Shown here one piece after another: positions 1-8,720 of a DNA stretch of 28,736 nt (within the stretch, counting starts at the first letter, position 1; the number at the start of each line of letters is the position of its first letter). Location of the stretch: positions 1-28,736 of the forward strand of contig CAWHMU010000013.1 of the NCBI GenBank assembly GCA_963830365.1. Reading direction: 5' to 3'. The translations under genes and the position numbers were made by a program. This DNA is from an uncultured Chlamydiae bacterium. Lineage in GTDB: Bacteria; Chlamydiota; Chlamydiia; Chlamydiales; Parachlamydiaceae. The notes under the pieces are model-generated. The model did not search any database and had not been told where the DNA came from. It was given only the letters and a program-made list of their open reading frames with translations.

Positions 1-342
1 AAAACATTGACGATTTAACGCAACAGCATTTTTCGTACATATCAAAAAAAACATCCACAAACGTGCCTGGGATGATCCGATATGGCTATTGAATTTGGAT
101 TGCGGCGATATATGACCGCTTATTTCGTCGGAAATTGACAAGCCAATGCCGACAGACGCTACTATTAATGCCCTTAAAACATTCTGAAGTCGCAGGAAAA
201 TGTATATAAAGAGCCTTTTCACCGGCATGACAAGCCCCATCGAAGCCAAGCGGCGATAAGTCCTGCACTTCAAGACGCTTCGCAAGTTTGAGCGCTCCGA
301 AATGAAAAAGGGCTAACATGAACTTTATCGACAAACCAAAAT

Positions 343-587
343 GAAAAGGATGAATGGGAATAACCCCTCTTCAGTCATTCAAGCCGGACGAAAATTACTG
401 CGACGCGGCGAGAGTACAGCCAGCAAGAGCATGGCCATGATATTGGTGCTGTTGATCATTGGGTTGGTGGCAATGCCTGCCGTGCTTTTGTACGGACCCA
501 CCGAGGGTATCGCCGCTGATCGATGCATGGCGGGCGCCAGCGCCTCTGCCGCCTTGGTGGCCATCTTCGATCAGCTTCCTGGCATTA
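343..587 (-). pseudogene. Decayed duplicate of the hppA 3' end (last ~64 codons plus terminator region); direct repeat of 2786-3028
   Basis: Aligns by eye with 2786-3028 at about 85% nt identity over the coding part (hand count ~27 substitutions and 2 single-base indels in ~200 nt). It reads NARKLIEDGHQGGRGAGARHASISGDT / GPYKSTAGIATNPMINSTNIMAMLLLAVL versus Hpp[59 protein letters not shown]. Conserved Asp residues of GDPxKD are lost. Confidence 0.92.
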
Positions 588-892
588 ACACAAAACGCCG
601 CATTATTTTTCCAAATCTGCCCTAAAAGCCCTTCAGGGTGTTTTTTCAACAAGGCCATTCGATATGGTATTTGCATTCCTGAATATACATTTACCCGTTT
701 GTTCACATAACTTATCAACAACCTTTTCAGAAATTACCATCATCTGTCATAAGAAGTGATTTGGATTAAAATATACAAAGAAATTTAGAAAATAAATAAA
801 CTTTTTGACGGTCCAGACTCGGCTGTTTTCACTAAAAACTACAACAGAAGAAATACAATCCAAATAGGCTATTACGAACCAGGGAGAATCTT

Positions 893-2650
893 ATGGTGTC
901 GTTATCAGATTCAAGCACAAATTTCTCACTACTTAAGCTAAATTCATCTAATGAACGCATCGGCTCCAATTCTGAAGATAAATCTGCCGGATATCTCGAC
1001 ATAACCGTCGATACAACACCAGATACTACCACTTCAAGAACGGTATCGCTGGCTAAAATCACTTTGCTTGATAAACCCGCACATACAGCCTCTGACGAAA
1101 CTCTCATAAAAATAGTTCATCTGTTCAGCGCCAAAGTCAAATCATTCTTGGAACTCTTTAATGGAGATATCAATGGAATCAATGAAAACGGAGCTACCCC
1201 CCTAGCGCTTGCCATCATCAATAAGGACTACGACATGGTGAAATCGTTGCTTGAAAATGGTGCCAAAATGGATATCCAATTTGACTATGGCACGACTTTA
1301 ATGTCTCGGGGCACAGGCGATTTAGCTAACTTTACAAGCGCAACCGAAAAATTGGAGTGTTTCTTTATAAAACACCCGTTTTGGGAACAGAGGTTACTTG
1401 GACTTGCGGCAGCTTCCAGCAGCGACGAAATTGTTGAACTGCTGAAACAAGAAATGGCCAAACGTCAGAAAGCGTCAACGGGCGACAGTCATGAACTCTC
1501 CCTGGCAAGACTTGGGGCTCCTGCGGCAGCAGATGTAAACACCAGAACTAAACCCGGTGACAACTTGGCTAGCTGCGAAACTGAGGCCTATTTATATGAA
1601 AGTAAATCCACTGAAAAAATAGCCATAGTTTCGATAGCTACTGCCCCGGCCTACGGAGCTTCCTCTTTCGCCGGATCTATCGACAGCTGGTTGTCAAAGC
1701 TGCTCAAAAATTCATATAAAGCCATTTGCGAGCATCGAATCCGCGCCAACGATGACAAGATCGCCCAAGCAGCCTATATGACATGGACTGAGGTTAAAGC
1801 ATCCATAGCTGCGCCTGACACCCAAATGAGCTCTCCGTTAAGCCTTAAATACACAAATTGTGAATTGAAAGGGCAAAGGAAGACGATGGAAGATGCACAT
1901 TTCAATATTTCTATTGCTGAAGGACAGCTCGCCGGCGTCTTCGACGGACATGGCGGCTCATGCGTCGCAACTTATGCCAGCTTGTTGTTCCCAGTCAAAT
2001 TTTCGCAAGTTTTAAAAGAAACCAAAAGGAATGTTAGGCAAGCTTTTACAACTACTCTCCAATTAATTCATAGCTCAGTCTCCAAGAGAGCGGAATGGAA
2101 TCGCATCGGCAGTACGGCGGTTGTCTGCTTCATCGACAAACACACCAACCTGATCTATACAGCGACACTGGGTGATAGCGAAGCTAATATCTACCGCTAT
2201 ACTCAAGGGACTCTTAAATCCATTCCGCTATCCTGTGTGCGCGATTGGTCCAGCGCAAAAGATGCCAAACGCGCCGCCGATTGCATAGGCAAGCCTGAAA
2301 TTGCCAAAGAATGGCCCTTGGCAAAGAATTCCAAGCATTTGCGCTACCCGAAGTCCTCGAGTGGCATCAATGTCAGTCGCGCCATCGGCGATGTTAGCTC
2401 CAATATCCACAAAACGCCCGGCATCATCCAAAAGCCAAAAATCACCGTGCATAGGCTGCTACCTGGCGACACCCTAGTGGTAGCCTGCGATGGCCTTAAA
2501 GACTATGTTAAGGAAAATGAGATCGTCGCATTGCTTGCCAAAGGGAATGACACCAACGTTGCCAAAAAACTTGCCAACTATGCGATCAATAATGGCAGGT
2601 CTACAGACAACGTCACCGTATTAGCGTTCGTGGCAAGGGCTAAAATATAA
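893..2650 (+). CDS. Ankyrin-repeat plus PP2C/PPM-family Ser/Thr phosphatase (585 aa), candidate secreted effector
   Basis: Ankyrin repeat INGINENGATPLALAIINKDYDMVKSLLENGA. PPM motifs RKTMEDAH, VFDGHGG, GSTAVV, LGDS, VSRAIGD, VACDGL and STDNVTV. Ser/Thr-rich N-terminus. GGGAG upstream of the ATG. Confidence 0.9.
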   Translation: MVSLSDSSTNFSLLKLNSSNERIGSNSEDKSAGYLDITVDTTPDTTTSRTVSLAKITLLDKPAHTASDETLIKIVHLFSAKVKSFLELFNGDINGINENGATPLALAIINKDYDMVKSLLENGAKMDIQFDYGTTLMSRGTGDLANFTSATEKLECFFIKHPFWEQRLLGLAAASSSDEIVELLKQEMAKRQKASTGDSHELSLARLGAPAAADVNTRTKPGDNLASCETEAYLYESKSTEKIAIVSIATAPAYGASSFAGSIDSWLSKLLKNSYKAICEHRIRANDDKIAQAAYMTWTEVKASIAAPDTQMSSPLSLKYTNCELKGQRKTMEDAHFNISIAEGQLAGVFDGHGGSCVATYASLLFPVKFSQVLKETKRNVRQAFTTTLQLIHSSVSKRAEWNRIGSTAVVCFIDKHTNLIYTATLGDSEANIYRYTQGTLKSIPLSCVRDWSSAKDAKRAADCIGKPEIAKEWPLAKNSKHLRYPKSSSGINVSRAIGDVSSNIHKTPGIIQKPKITVHRLLPGDTLVVACDGLKDYVKENEIVALLAKGNDTNVAKKLANYAINNGRSTDNVTVLAFVARAKI

Positions 2651-2780
2651 CCAAAAGAACGATGCAGCAAAAGGCAGGCACTAAAGAAAAGAGGCTTTTG
2701 TCAACTAGCTAAAATCTTCTTCTTGGCTTGGGCCTTCTTGGTATCTTCAAAGGGTTCAGCTTTTGCTTAGAGATATTAAC

Positions 2781-2820
2781 GAAAAGAAAAGGATGAAGGG
2801 AAGGAACTCCCCTTCATCCT
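2781..2820 (-). terminator. Intrinsic terminator of hppA
   Basis: 11-bp stem AGGATGAAGGG (2790-2800) / CCCTTCATCCT (2810-2820), followed on the minus strand by TTTCTTTTC, 15 nt after the hppA stop. Confidence 0.8.
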
Positions 2821-2835
2821 CTATTTGGACGAAAA

Positions 2836-4923
2836 TTAGTGCGACGCGGCGTAAAGAATAGCCAGCAAGAGCAAGGCCACGATATTGGTGATCTTGATCA
2901 TTGGGTTGATGGCAGGGCCTGCCGTGTCTTTGTACGGATCGCCGACGGTATCGCCAGTGATCGACGCATGGTGGGCGTCAGAACCTCTGCCACCATGGTG
3001 GCCGTCTTCGATCAGCTTCTTGGCATTATCCCAAGCGCCGCCGCCCGACGTCATCGAAAGGCCCACGAAAAGTCCCGTTACGACAACGCCCAACAACATC
3101 GAACCGACAGCTACAAAGGCATCGGTTTGGGTGGCGAAGGCATTAATGACAAAATACACTACAATCGGCGCGAGCACCGGCAAAAGCGATGGCAGTATCA
3201 TTTCTTTGATCGCCGATTTCGTCAACATATCCACGGCACGACCGTAGTCCGGACGTCCGGTACCTTCCATAATGCCTGGAATCTCCTTGAACTGGCGGCG
3301 TACTTCGACGACGACAGAGCCTGCCGCGCGGCCGACGGCCATCATGCTCAAAGCGCCAAACAGATAAGGCAGCAAGCCGCCCAGGAACAGACCGACCACG
3401 ACATAGGCGTTGTCGAGTACGAATTTGCACTCGCTTGCGCCAAAGTAGTGTTGCAGATCTTCCAGGAAGGCTGCAAACAGCACAAGCGAGGCAAAACCCG
3501 CTGAACCGATGGCATAACCCTTCGTCACGGCTTTAGTGGTGTTACCCACGGCATCCAAAGCGTCCGTCGTCTTGCGTACATCTTTTGGCATGTTGGACAT
3601 CTCGGCAATGCCGCCGGCATTGTCTGTCACAGGACCATAAGCATCAAGCGCGATGATCATGCCGGCGACAGCCAGCATGCTGGTTGCGGCCACGGCAATG
3701 CCGAACAGATTGGCATTGGTATAGGAAACAAGAATCCCTGCGCAGATGATAATCACCGGCAAGGCTGTGGCTTCCATCGAGATGGCCAACCCTTGGATGA
3801 TATTGGTGCCATGGCCTGTGGTAGAAGCTAAAGCAATGCTTTTTACCGGACGGTGTCTGCCCAAAGTATAATACTCGGTAACGACCATCAGCAGGCCTGT
3901 CACTACAAGACCTGTAAAGGCGCACCACAGCAGGTTAATGCCGGTGAACGACACCTTGTTAGCCGTATAGACCACATCAAAGCCGAGCAGCGATTTTGTC
4001 ACCCAGACGATAGCTACGGCTGAAATCAAGGCGGTGGCGATAAAGCCTTTATAAAGGGCCTGCATGATATCATTGTTCGAGCCAAGGCGCACAAAAAAGG
4101 TGCCGATGATGGTAGCGATGATGCACACACCGCAGATTGCCAGCGGATAAAACATCATGCTGTCTAAAACGGCGCCTGTAAAATAAATACTAGCCATCAG
4201 CATCGTACCTACAATCGTGACCACATAGGTCTCGAAAAGGTCGGCCGCCATACCCGCGCAGTCGCCTACGTTATCACCTACGTTATCGGCAATAACGGCC
4301 GGATTGCGTGGATCGTCTTCTGGAATGCCAGCTTCGATTTTGCCGACAAGGTCAGCACCGACGTCGGCACCCTTAGTGAAAATCCCCCCGCCAAGTCTGG
4401 CAAAGATCGAAATCAACGAGGCGCCAAAGCCCAGCGCTACCAGCGCATCGGTAATGGCACGTGTGGACAGGTTCAGGCTGCTCAAATAGTTGTAGTAGCA
4501 GGTGACGCCCAGGATGCCTAAGCCGACGACCAGCAAGCCTGTGATGGCACCTGCTCTAAAGGCCACGCTGAGCGCAGTTTTCAGTCCTTGCCGGGCCGCT
4601 TCACTGGTACGCACGTTAGCGCGCACCGACACGTTCATGCCGATATAACCGGCCAAACCCGATAGCACCGAGCCGATCAGAAAACCGATACCGGTATACT
4701 TGCCGAGCAGCCACGTTAGCAGCAGGCATATAACGATGCCGACGGCCGTGATCACTTGATATTGCCGATTGAGATAGGCGCGCGCGCCCTCTTGGATGGC
4801 GGCCGCAATTTTTTGCATCTGGTCGGTGCCTGCACTCATCGATAGGATGGAGCGTATCATAAACACTCCATACAATAGTGCCAGGACGCCCGAGGCAATG
4901 ACTAACGAATTAGCATATGACAT
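2836..4923 (-). CDS. hppA: Membrane-bound H+-translocating pyrophosphatase, K+-independent type
   Basis: Motifs [70 protein letters not shown] (the Lys/Thr signature of K+-independent enzymes), GGAWDNAKK and [10 protein letters not shown], with many TM helices. Confidence 0.97.
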   Translation of the reverse strand: MSYANSLVIASGVLALLYGVFMIRSILSMSAGTDQMQKIAAAIQEGARAYLNRQYQVITAVGIVICLLLTWLLGKYTGIGFLIGSVLSGLAGYIGMNVSVRANVRTSEAARQGLKTALSVAFRAGAITGLLVVGLGILGVTCYYNYLSSLNLSTRAITDALVALGFGASLISIFARLGGGIFTKGADVGADLVGKIEAGIPEDDPRNPAVIADNVGDNVGDCAGMAADLFETYVVTIVGTMLMASIYFTGAVLDSMMFYPLAICGVCIIATIIGTFFVRLGSNNDIMQALYKGFIATALISAVAIVWVTKSLLGFDVVYTANKVSFTGINLLWCAFTGLVVTGLLMVVTEYYTLGRHRPVKSIALASTTGHGTNIIQGLAISMEATALPVIIICAGILVSYTNANLFGIAVAATSMLAVAGMIIALDAYGPVTDNAGGIAEMSNMPKDVRKTTDALDAVGNTTKAVTKGYAIGSAGFASLVLFAAFLEDLQHYFGASECKFVLDNAYVVVGLFLGGLLPYLFGALSMMAVGRAAGSVVVEVRRQFKEIPGIMEGTGRPDYGRAVDMLTKSAIKEMILPSLLPVLAPIVVYFVINAFATQTDAFVAVGSMLLGVVVTGLFVGLSMTSGGGAWDNAKKLIEDGHHGGRGSDAHHASITGDTVGDPYKDTAGPAINPMIKITNIVALLLLAILYAASH

Positions 4924-5055
4924 GGGAGTTTATACCTCTTGGTTTTTTAAGTTTCAGTTATCAATTTAGACAAAGATAAAAGATCATCGATAAAACCGCA
5001 AAGGAAAGATGAGAGATTGGCTATCGATTTAATCTCTCCCTGTCATCGAAAAGAT

Positions 5056-5103
5056 CATAAATGACCTAAGGGTCGCAATGGACGGACCCTTTTCTCTCTT
5101 AGC
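5056..5103 (+). repeat. Intergenic 9-bp-periodic repeat element, copy A (inverted relative to 7070-7115)
   Basis: CATAAATGACCTAAGGGTCGCAATGGACGGACCCTTTTCTCTCTTAGC matches the reverse complement of 7070-7115 at 39 of 46 aligned positions plus a 2-nt gap. Confidence 0.7.
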
Positions 5104-5162
5104 TACTTTAGGTCTTCTTACTGGCAGGACAAAGTTATCCCCGCGTCAAACGGATATGACAA

Positions 5163-5195
5163 TTTCGGCAGCGCACCATGCGTGCGCTGCCGAAA
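5163..5195. terminator. Strong hairpin just downstream of the 568-aa gene (terminator or mRNA-stabilising stem, no U-tract)
   Basis: 14-bp perfect stem TTTCGGCAGCGCAC / GTGCGCTGCCGAAA with a 5-nt loop, 3 nt from the stop codon at 5199-5201. Confidence 0.55.
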
Positions 5196-5198
5196 AAC

Positions 5199-6905
5199 TT
5201 ACAGTTTCTTTTCTTCAGTCTGACTCGATGATTTATCGGTGAGGGCGGGGGCTTCTGCTGCCGATCCCGACCACCAGTTAGCCAGCGAGTTTAATGGAGC
5301 GTAGATCAATTGATGTGTCGTCTCGTACGAATAGTTTTGTGTAAAATCCAGTGTATCATCGCCAGCCGTCTTTAAGGCTAAGCTAATACGATTCATTTCT
5401 CCCTCAAGAGCCACTGCGGCTTTGGGCAGCTGCGCCACTAGCAGAAAAATCTCCTTTTGGATATTTTCTAAAGACTTTTGATAAGCCGCCTGTGCTTTCT
5501 TCGCATCTTCACCGGCCGCTTGTGATAATTGGGCACCCGACGATTGACTACCCATGGATTGACTACCCAAGGTTTGACTACCCAAGGATAGATTCTGGAG
5601 CGATTTCGCAAACTGCTCAACATTCTTCCTATATGCATTTATGTCACAGGCGCTGGCCATATCAAAGATTTTTTGATGTTCGGATCTTTTAGGCTCGTTT
5701 TTACGCACATCCCTTAGGCGTTGACTAAGCTCGGCATATTTCACAGATTCTGTTGCCAAATCGCTGAAAGCAATCATGGCATTGTGTAAAGCCTTGGCAT
5801 GGGCAGTCGCTGATGAGAGTTTATCGCCACCTGCCGATAGCTGACTAACAATAGACTCGCAGTCCTGTTTAAGCCGGGGATAGTCAGCTTTTACTTGATT
5901 CAGCTCCCCAATTAACTTTTGCAGTTGAGCATTGGTACCATCAACTTTAGTTTGCTTTGGCAAGGCCGCTTGCTGATCCTTGAAGGCTTTAGCATCTCTG
6001 CCAACAGCTAAAGTGTTTTGTTGAAGCACGTCTGCTTCTCTCTTTGGATCGCCAGCTTTGTCATTAAAAGCTACCAAAGCTGGTAGTCCTCTTAAATAAT
6101 TGCCGCTTCGATTGTCAAACTCTGACAAAAATTCTTCGGCTTTCTTCGTTAGCGTGACAATTTCTGAAGACACTTTAACATAAGGCTCAAAATACTTTAT
6201 CTGGGCATCAGATCGATTGATGAGATCGGTGGCGGCAGCAGATTCCAACCTATTTTGATCCCATTTAGCTTTCAGATCATTTGCCTCATCGATCAGTAGT
6301 TGCGCATTTTTAGCATCGCAAGCGTTTGAATCAATCAACTTGCTGATGGCTTCCATGTTGGCGTTTAAGTCTTTGATAAAGTCATCATGTGTGGACCCTA
6401 CACCTTGAATCTTTGCTAGTTCGGAAGAGTAGTCCTTAGTATTACTTAGTGCTTCCATAAATGCTCTAGACATTGTTTTAGCATTATTGAGCACCCGTTT
6501 TAAATCTTTATACTGAGTATGATTAAAGCGATCGAAGATTTGATCCATTTTGGTCGTTGCCTTATTCAGACGTTCAAACAAGTCTGAAACCGATTTAAAC
6601 TGACCTATATCGTCAACCTTTGCACGCGGACATAGATTTTTGGAGAATTTTATATCCTTCGGGTGGTTGTTAGGGTGGCTTTCTTTCCAAGCCAGGCTGG
6701 CATTGGCTACTGAAGCAGCTTCGCCGAACACCTTGCTAACATTGACATCAAAGGGTTTTACCACAAAATGCAAAATAGATAATTCTTTAAACAAAGGGCT
6801 AAGGTGTTTGTTCAGGTCGCTATCTGTCAATTTTCCAGGTGTCGAAACACAATAAGAAGCACTCATGTCACGATGTGCTCTAGGGGCTGTTAGACTTGAC
6901 GCCAT
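5199..6905 (-). CDS. Hypothetical coiled-coil protein (~568 aa), possible secreted effector
   Basis: Long ORF rich in A/K/L/Q/S with heptad-like helices. I moved the start from GTG 6914 to ATG 6905 because AAGGAG (6914-6919) lies 8 nt upstream. No family recognised. Confidence 0.85.
   Translation of the reverse strand: MASSLTAPRAHRDMSASYCVSTPGKLTDSDLNKHLSPLFKELSILHFVVKPFDVNVSKVFGEAASVANASLAWKESHPNNHPKDIKFSKNLCPRAKVDDIGQFKSVSDLFERLNKATTKMDQIFDRFNHTQYKDLKRVLNNAKTMSRAFMEALSNTKDYSSELAKIQGVGSTHDDFIKDLNANMEAISKLIDSNACDAKNAQLLIDEANDLKAKWDQNRLESAAATDLINRSDAQIKYFEPYVKVSSEIVTLTKKAEEFLSEFDNRSGNYLRGLPALVAFNDKAGDPKREADVLQQNTLAVGRDAKAFKDQQAALPKQTKVDGTNAQLQKLIGELNQVKADYPRLKQDCESIVSQLSAGGDKLSSATAHAKALHNAMIAFSDLATESVKYAELSQRLRDVRKNEPKRSEHQKIFDMASACDINAYRKNVEQFAKSLQNLSLGSQTLGSQSMGSQSSGAQLSQAAGEDAKKAQAAYQKSLENIQKEIFLLVAQLPKAAVALEGEMNRISLALKTAGDDTLDFTQNYSYETTHQLIYAPLNSLANWWSGSAAEAPALTDKSSSQTEEKKL
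5529..5588. repeat. 15-bp in-frame tandem repeat (3 near-perfect units plus 1 degenerate) encoding (S/T)-x-G-(S/A)-Q
   Basis: TTGACTACCCATGGA, TTGACTACCCAAGGT, TTGACTACCCAAGGA, preceded by TTGGGCACCCGACGA. Protein reads SLGSQ-TLGSQ-SMGSQ-SSGAQ. Confidence 0.9.
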
Positions 6906-7069
6906 AATTACCACTCCTTATTTGAGATTAAATACTGAATACAACGCTAAGCTTTTGTCTTTTTTTTGCATAGCAATCCTTGCCTATTTTGTATGAAAGG
7001 CTATTTGTTTAATTTCGCCCAACAAAGATTAATGGACATAGAGAACTTAAGGAAAGCAAGCGATGAAGG

Positions 7070-7115
7070 GCTAAAAGAGAAGGGACCGTTCTTTGCGTCC
7101 CTTAGCTCCTTTATG
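7070..7115 (-). repeat. Intergenic 9-bp-periodic repeat element, copy B
   Basis: Plus-strand units CGTTCTTTG, CGTCCCTTA, GCTCCTTTA, TGCCCCTTT (array extends to ~7122). The reverse complement matches 5056-5103. Confidence 0.7.
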
Positions 7116-7230
7116 CCCCTTTTTTTGCGAAACGAAATTAAATTCAATGACCATATTTTTTGCTTGCGCAACTATTTTACTTAGCATTATGGTGCGCATA
7201 TAAGAATAAATTTTAAAAAAAGGAGTTTTT

Positions 7231-7380
7231 ATGCGTTTACCTGGCATCGGCATGTTACTTTTGTGCATTTATCTGATTTTGATCGGTTTGACAACCTTGA
7301 TTAGCGGACTTGCCATTCCTGGCATCGTATTGGGAATTCTGGCACTAGCGGCAGGTATTTTGCTGCTGATCGGCAGATAG
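7231..7380 (+). CDS. Small two-TM membrane protein (49 aa), absent from the ORF track
   Basis: MRLPGIGMLLLCIYLILIGLTTLISGLAIPGIVLGILALAAGILLLIGR*. Strong SD AAGGAG 5 nt upstream of ATG 7231. The stop lies 17 nt before the MFS start. Confidence 0.85.
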   Translation: MRLPGIGMLLLCIYLILIGLTTLISGLAIPGIVLGILALAAGILLLIGR

Positions 7381-7397
7381 CTTAACACGGGATTCCG

Positions 7398-8720
7398 ATG
7401 ACGACATCGCTCAGTCCATCAACCAGCCAGGCCGTGCCAAATAGTGTCGGACTGACACGCAAATCGTTTGGGGCCTTATGCGCCTGGGCTCTCTACGACT
7501 GGGGCAATAGCGCCTTTGCCACCGTGATCCAGACCTTTGTCTTTGCGACGTACTTTGTCAGCAGTGTAGCGCCCAATGAAGCCACGGGTGCTGCCGCCTG
7601 GGGTACGATCACCGGCATCTCGGCTTTTGTGGTGGCGGTATTAAGTCCCATTTTCGGCGCCATCTCCGACCAGGGCGGCGCCCGCAAATTGTGGCTGGCA
7701 ATCTTCACGCTGCTGTGCATCATTCCGACAGCGTTGCTGTGGTATGTAAAGCCATCACCTGATTACATGTGGATGGCCTTATGGTGCGTGGGCATCGGCG
7801 CCATCGGCGCTGAAGGGTCGTTCATTTTCTACAATGCCATGCTGCCGGAGCTTGCCCCGCCAGCGCAACTAGGTCGCTGGTCCGGCTGGGGTTGGGGTAT
7901 GGGCTATGCCGGAGGCATGGCGGCACTAGTATTGTCGCTTGTCGCCTTCGTCAGTGGCGGTACGCCGTGGATTCCGCTCGATACTAGTGAAGCTGAGCCG
8001 GTGCGGGCGACATTCATCCTGGTGGCTGTCTGGTTTGCCGTCTTTTCGCTCCCCCTCTTTATCTTCACACCTAATTCGCCGCCCAGCCAGAAGAAATTTA
8101 CCACCGCCGCACTTGATGGTATCAGTCAGCTAAAGTCGACGTTCCGCGAAATCAGAAAGTATGGCACCATTGTGCGCTTTCTGATTGCCAAGACGTTTTA
8201 TATTGACGGTCTGGCCACTCTCTTTGCTTTTGGCGGCATCTATGCGGCTACCGTATTAGACATGCCGCAATATGAGGTGCTGCAGCTTGGCATTGCTATG
8301 AATATCACGGCCGGTGCGGGTGCGGCCACGCTGGCCTTTTTGGACGACTGGCTGGGCAGCAAGAAGGTCATCCTTTATTCCATTGTGGGTATGGTCATCC
8401 CCGGCACCTTTGCCCTGATGGCCACAGAAAAATGGCAGTTTTGGACGCTTGGCCTGCTGATGTGCATTTTTGTAGGTCCGGTGCAATCTTCAAGCCGCGC
8501 GCTGATGTCGCGCCTGGCGCCTTCGCATATGCGACGGCAGATGTTTGGCTTTTACATGCTTTCCGGCAAGGCGACGGCTTTTTTTGGTCCGCTGCTTTAT
8601 GGCTGGATCTCGTATCTAACCGGCAGCCTGCGCTGGGGCATGAGTACAATCATTGTGCTTTTTATCATCGGCGGACTCATCATCCTCACTCTGCCGCGCA
8701 CGCTCGAGCAGGAGGCCTAA
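7398..8720 (+). CDS. MFS transporter, UMF1/ATG22-like family
   Basis: WALYDWGNSAF N-terminal motif, GAISDQGGARK loop motif, FYNAMLPEL, SGWGWGMGYAGG, QSSSRALMSRL and FGFY..SGKATAFFGP, with about 12 TM segments. Confidence 0.9.
   Translation: MTTSLSPSTSQAVPNSVGLTRKSFGALCAWALYDWGNSAFATVIQTFVFATYFVSSVAPNEATGAAAWGTITGISAFVVAVLSPIFGAISDQGGARKLWLAIFTLLCIIPTALLWYVKPSPDYMWMALWCVGIGAIGAEGSFIFYNAMLPELAPPAQLGRWSGWGWGMGYAGGMAALVLSLVAFVSGGTPWIPLDTSEAEPVRATFILVAVWFAVFSLPLFIFTPNSPPSQKKFTTAALDGISQLKSTFREIRKYGTIVRFLIAKTFYIDGLATLFAFGGIYAATVLDMPQYEVLQLGIAMNITAGAGAATLAFLDDWLGSKKVILYSIVGMVIPGTFALMATEKWQFWTLGLLMCIFVGPVQSSSRALMSRLAPSHMRRQMFGFYMLSGKATAFFGPLLYGWISYLTGSLRWGMSTIIVLFIIGGLIILTLPRTLEQEA

Noticed and set aside
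86..334. 82-aa minus-strand ORF
   Set aside because: No recognisable motif or convincing SD; cannot be supported as a gene from this window.
341..710. Plus-strand ORFs 341-625 and 459-710
   Set aside because: They are antisense shadows of the hppA remnant; 341-625 mirrors the shadow ORF 2885-3247 opposite intact hppA.
343..3028. hppA repeat pair as a diversity-generating retroelement template/variable repeat
   Set aside because: Mismatches involve all four bases on both strands rather than adenines only, indels are present, and there is no reverse transcriptase in the window.
5011..5038. 8-bp inverted repeat GAGAGATT-N12-AATCTCTC upstream of hppA as a riboswitch or operator
   Set aside because: No match to riboswitch consensus features I can recognise, and it is too short to call without comparative data.
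5529..5588. Short direct repeats as a CRISPR array
   Set aside because: The 15-bp units are contiguous with no spacers, lie in frame within a CDS, and no cas genes are present.
6966..7268. ORFs 6966-7184 (+) and 7071-7268 (-)
   Set aside because: They span a divergent promoter region. The KGHKGAKGRK periodicity simply reflects the 9-bp DNA repeat, and the better-supported gene is 7231-7380.
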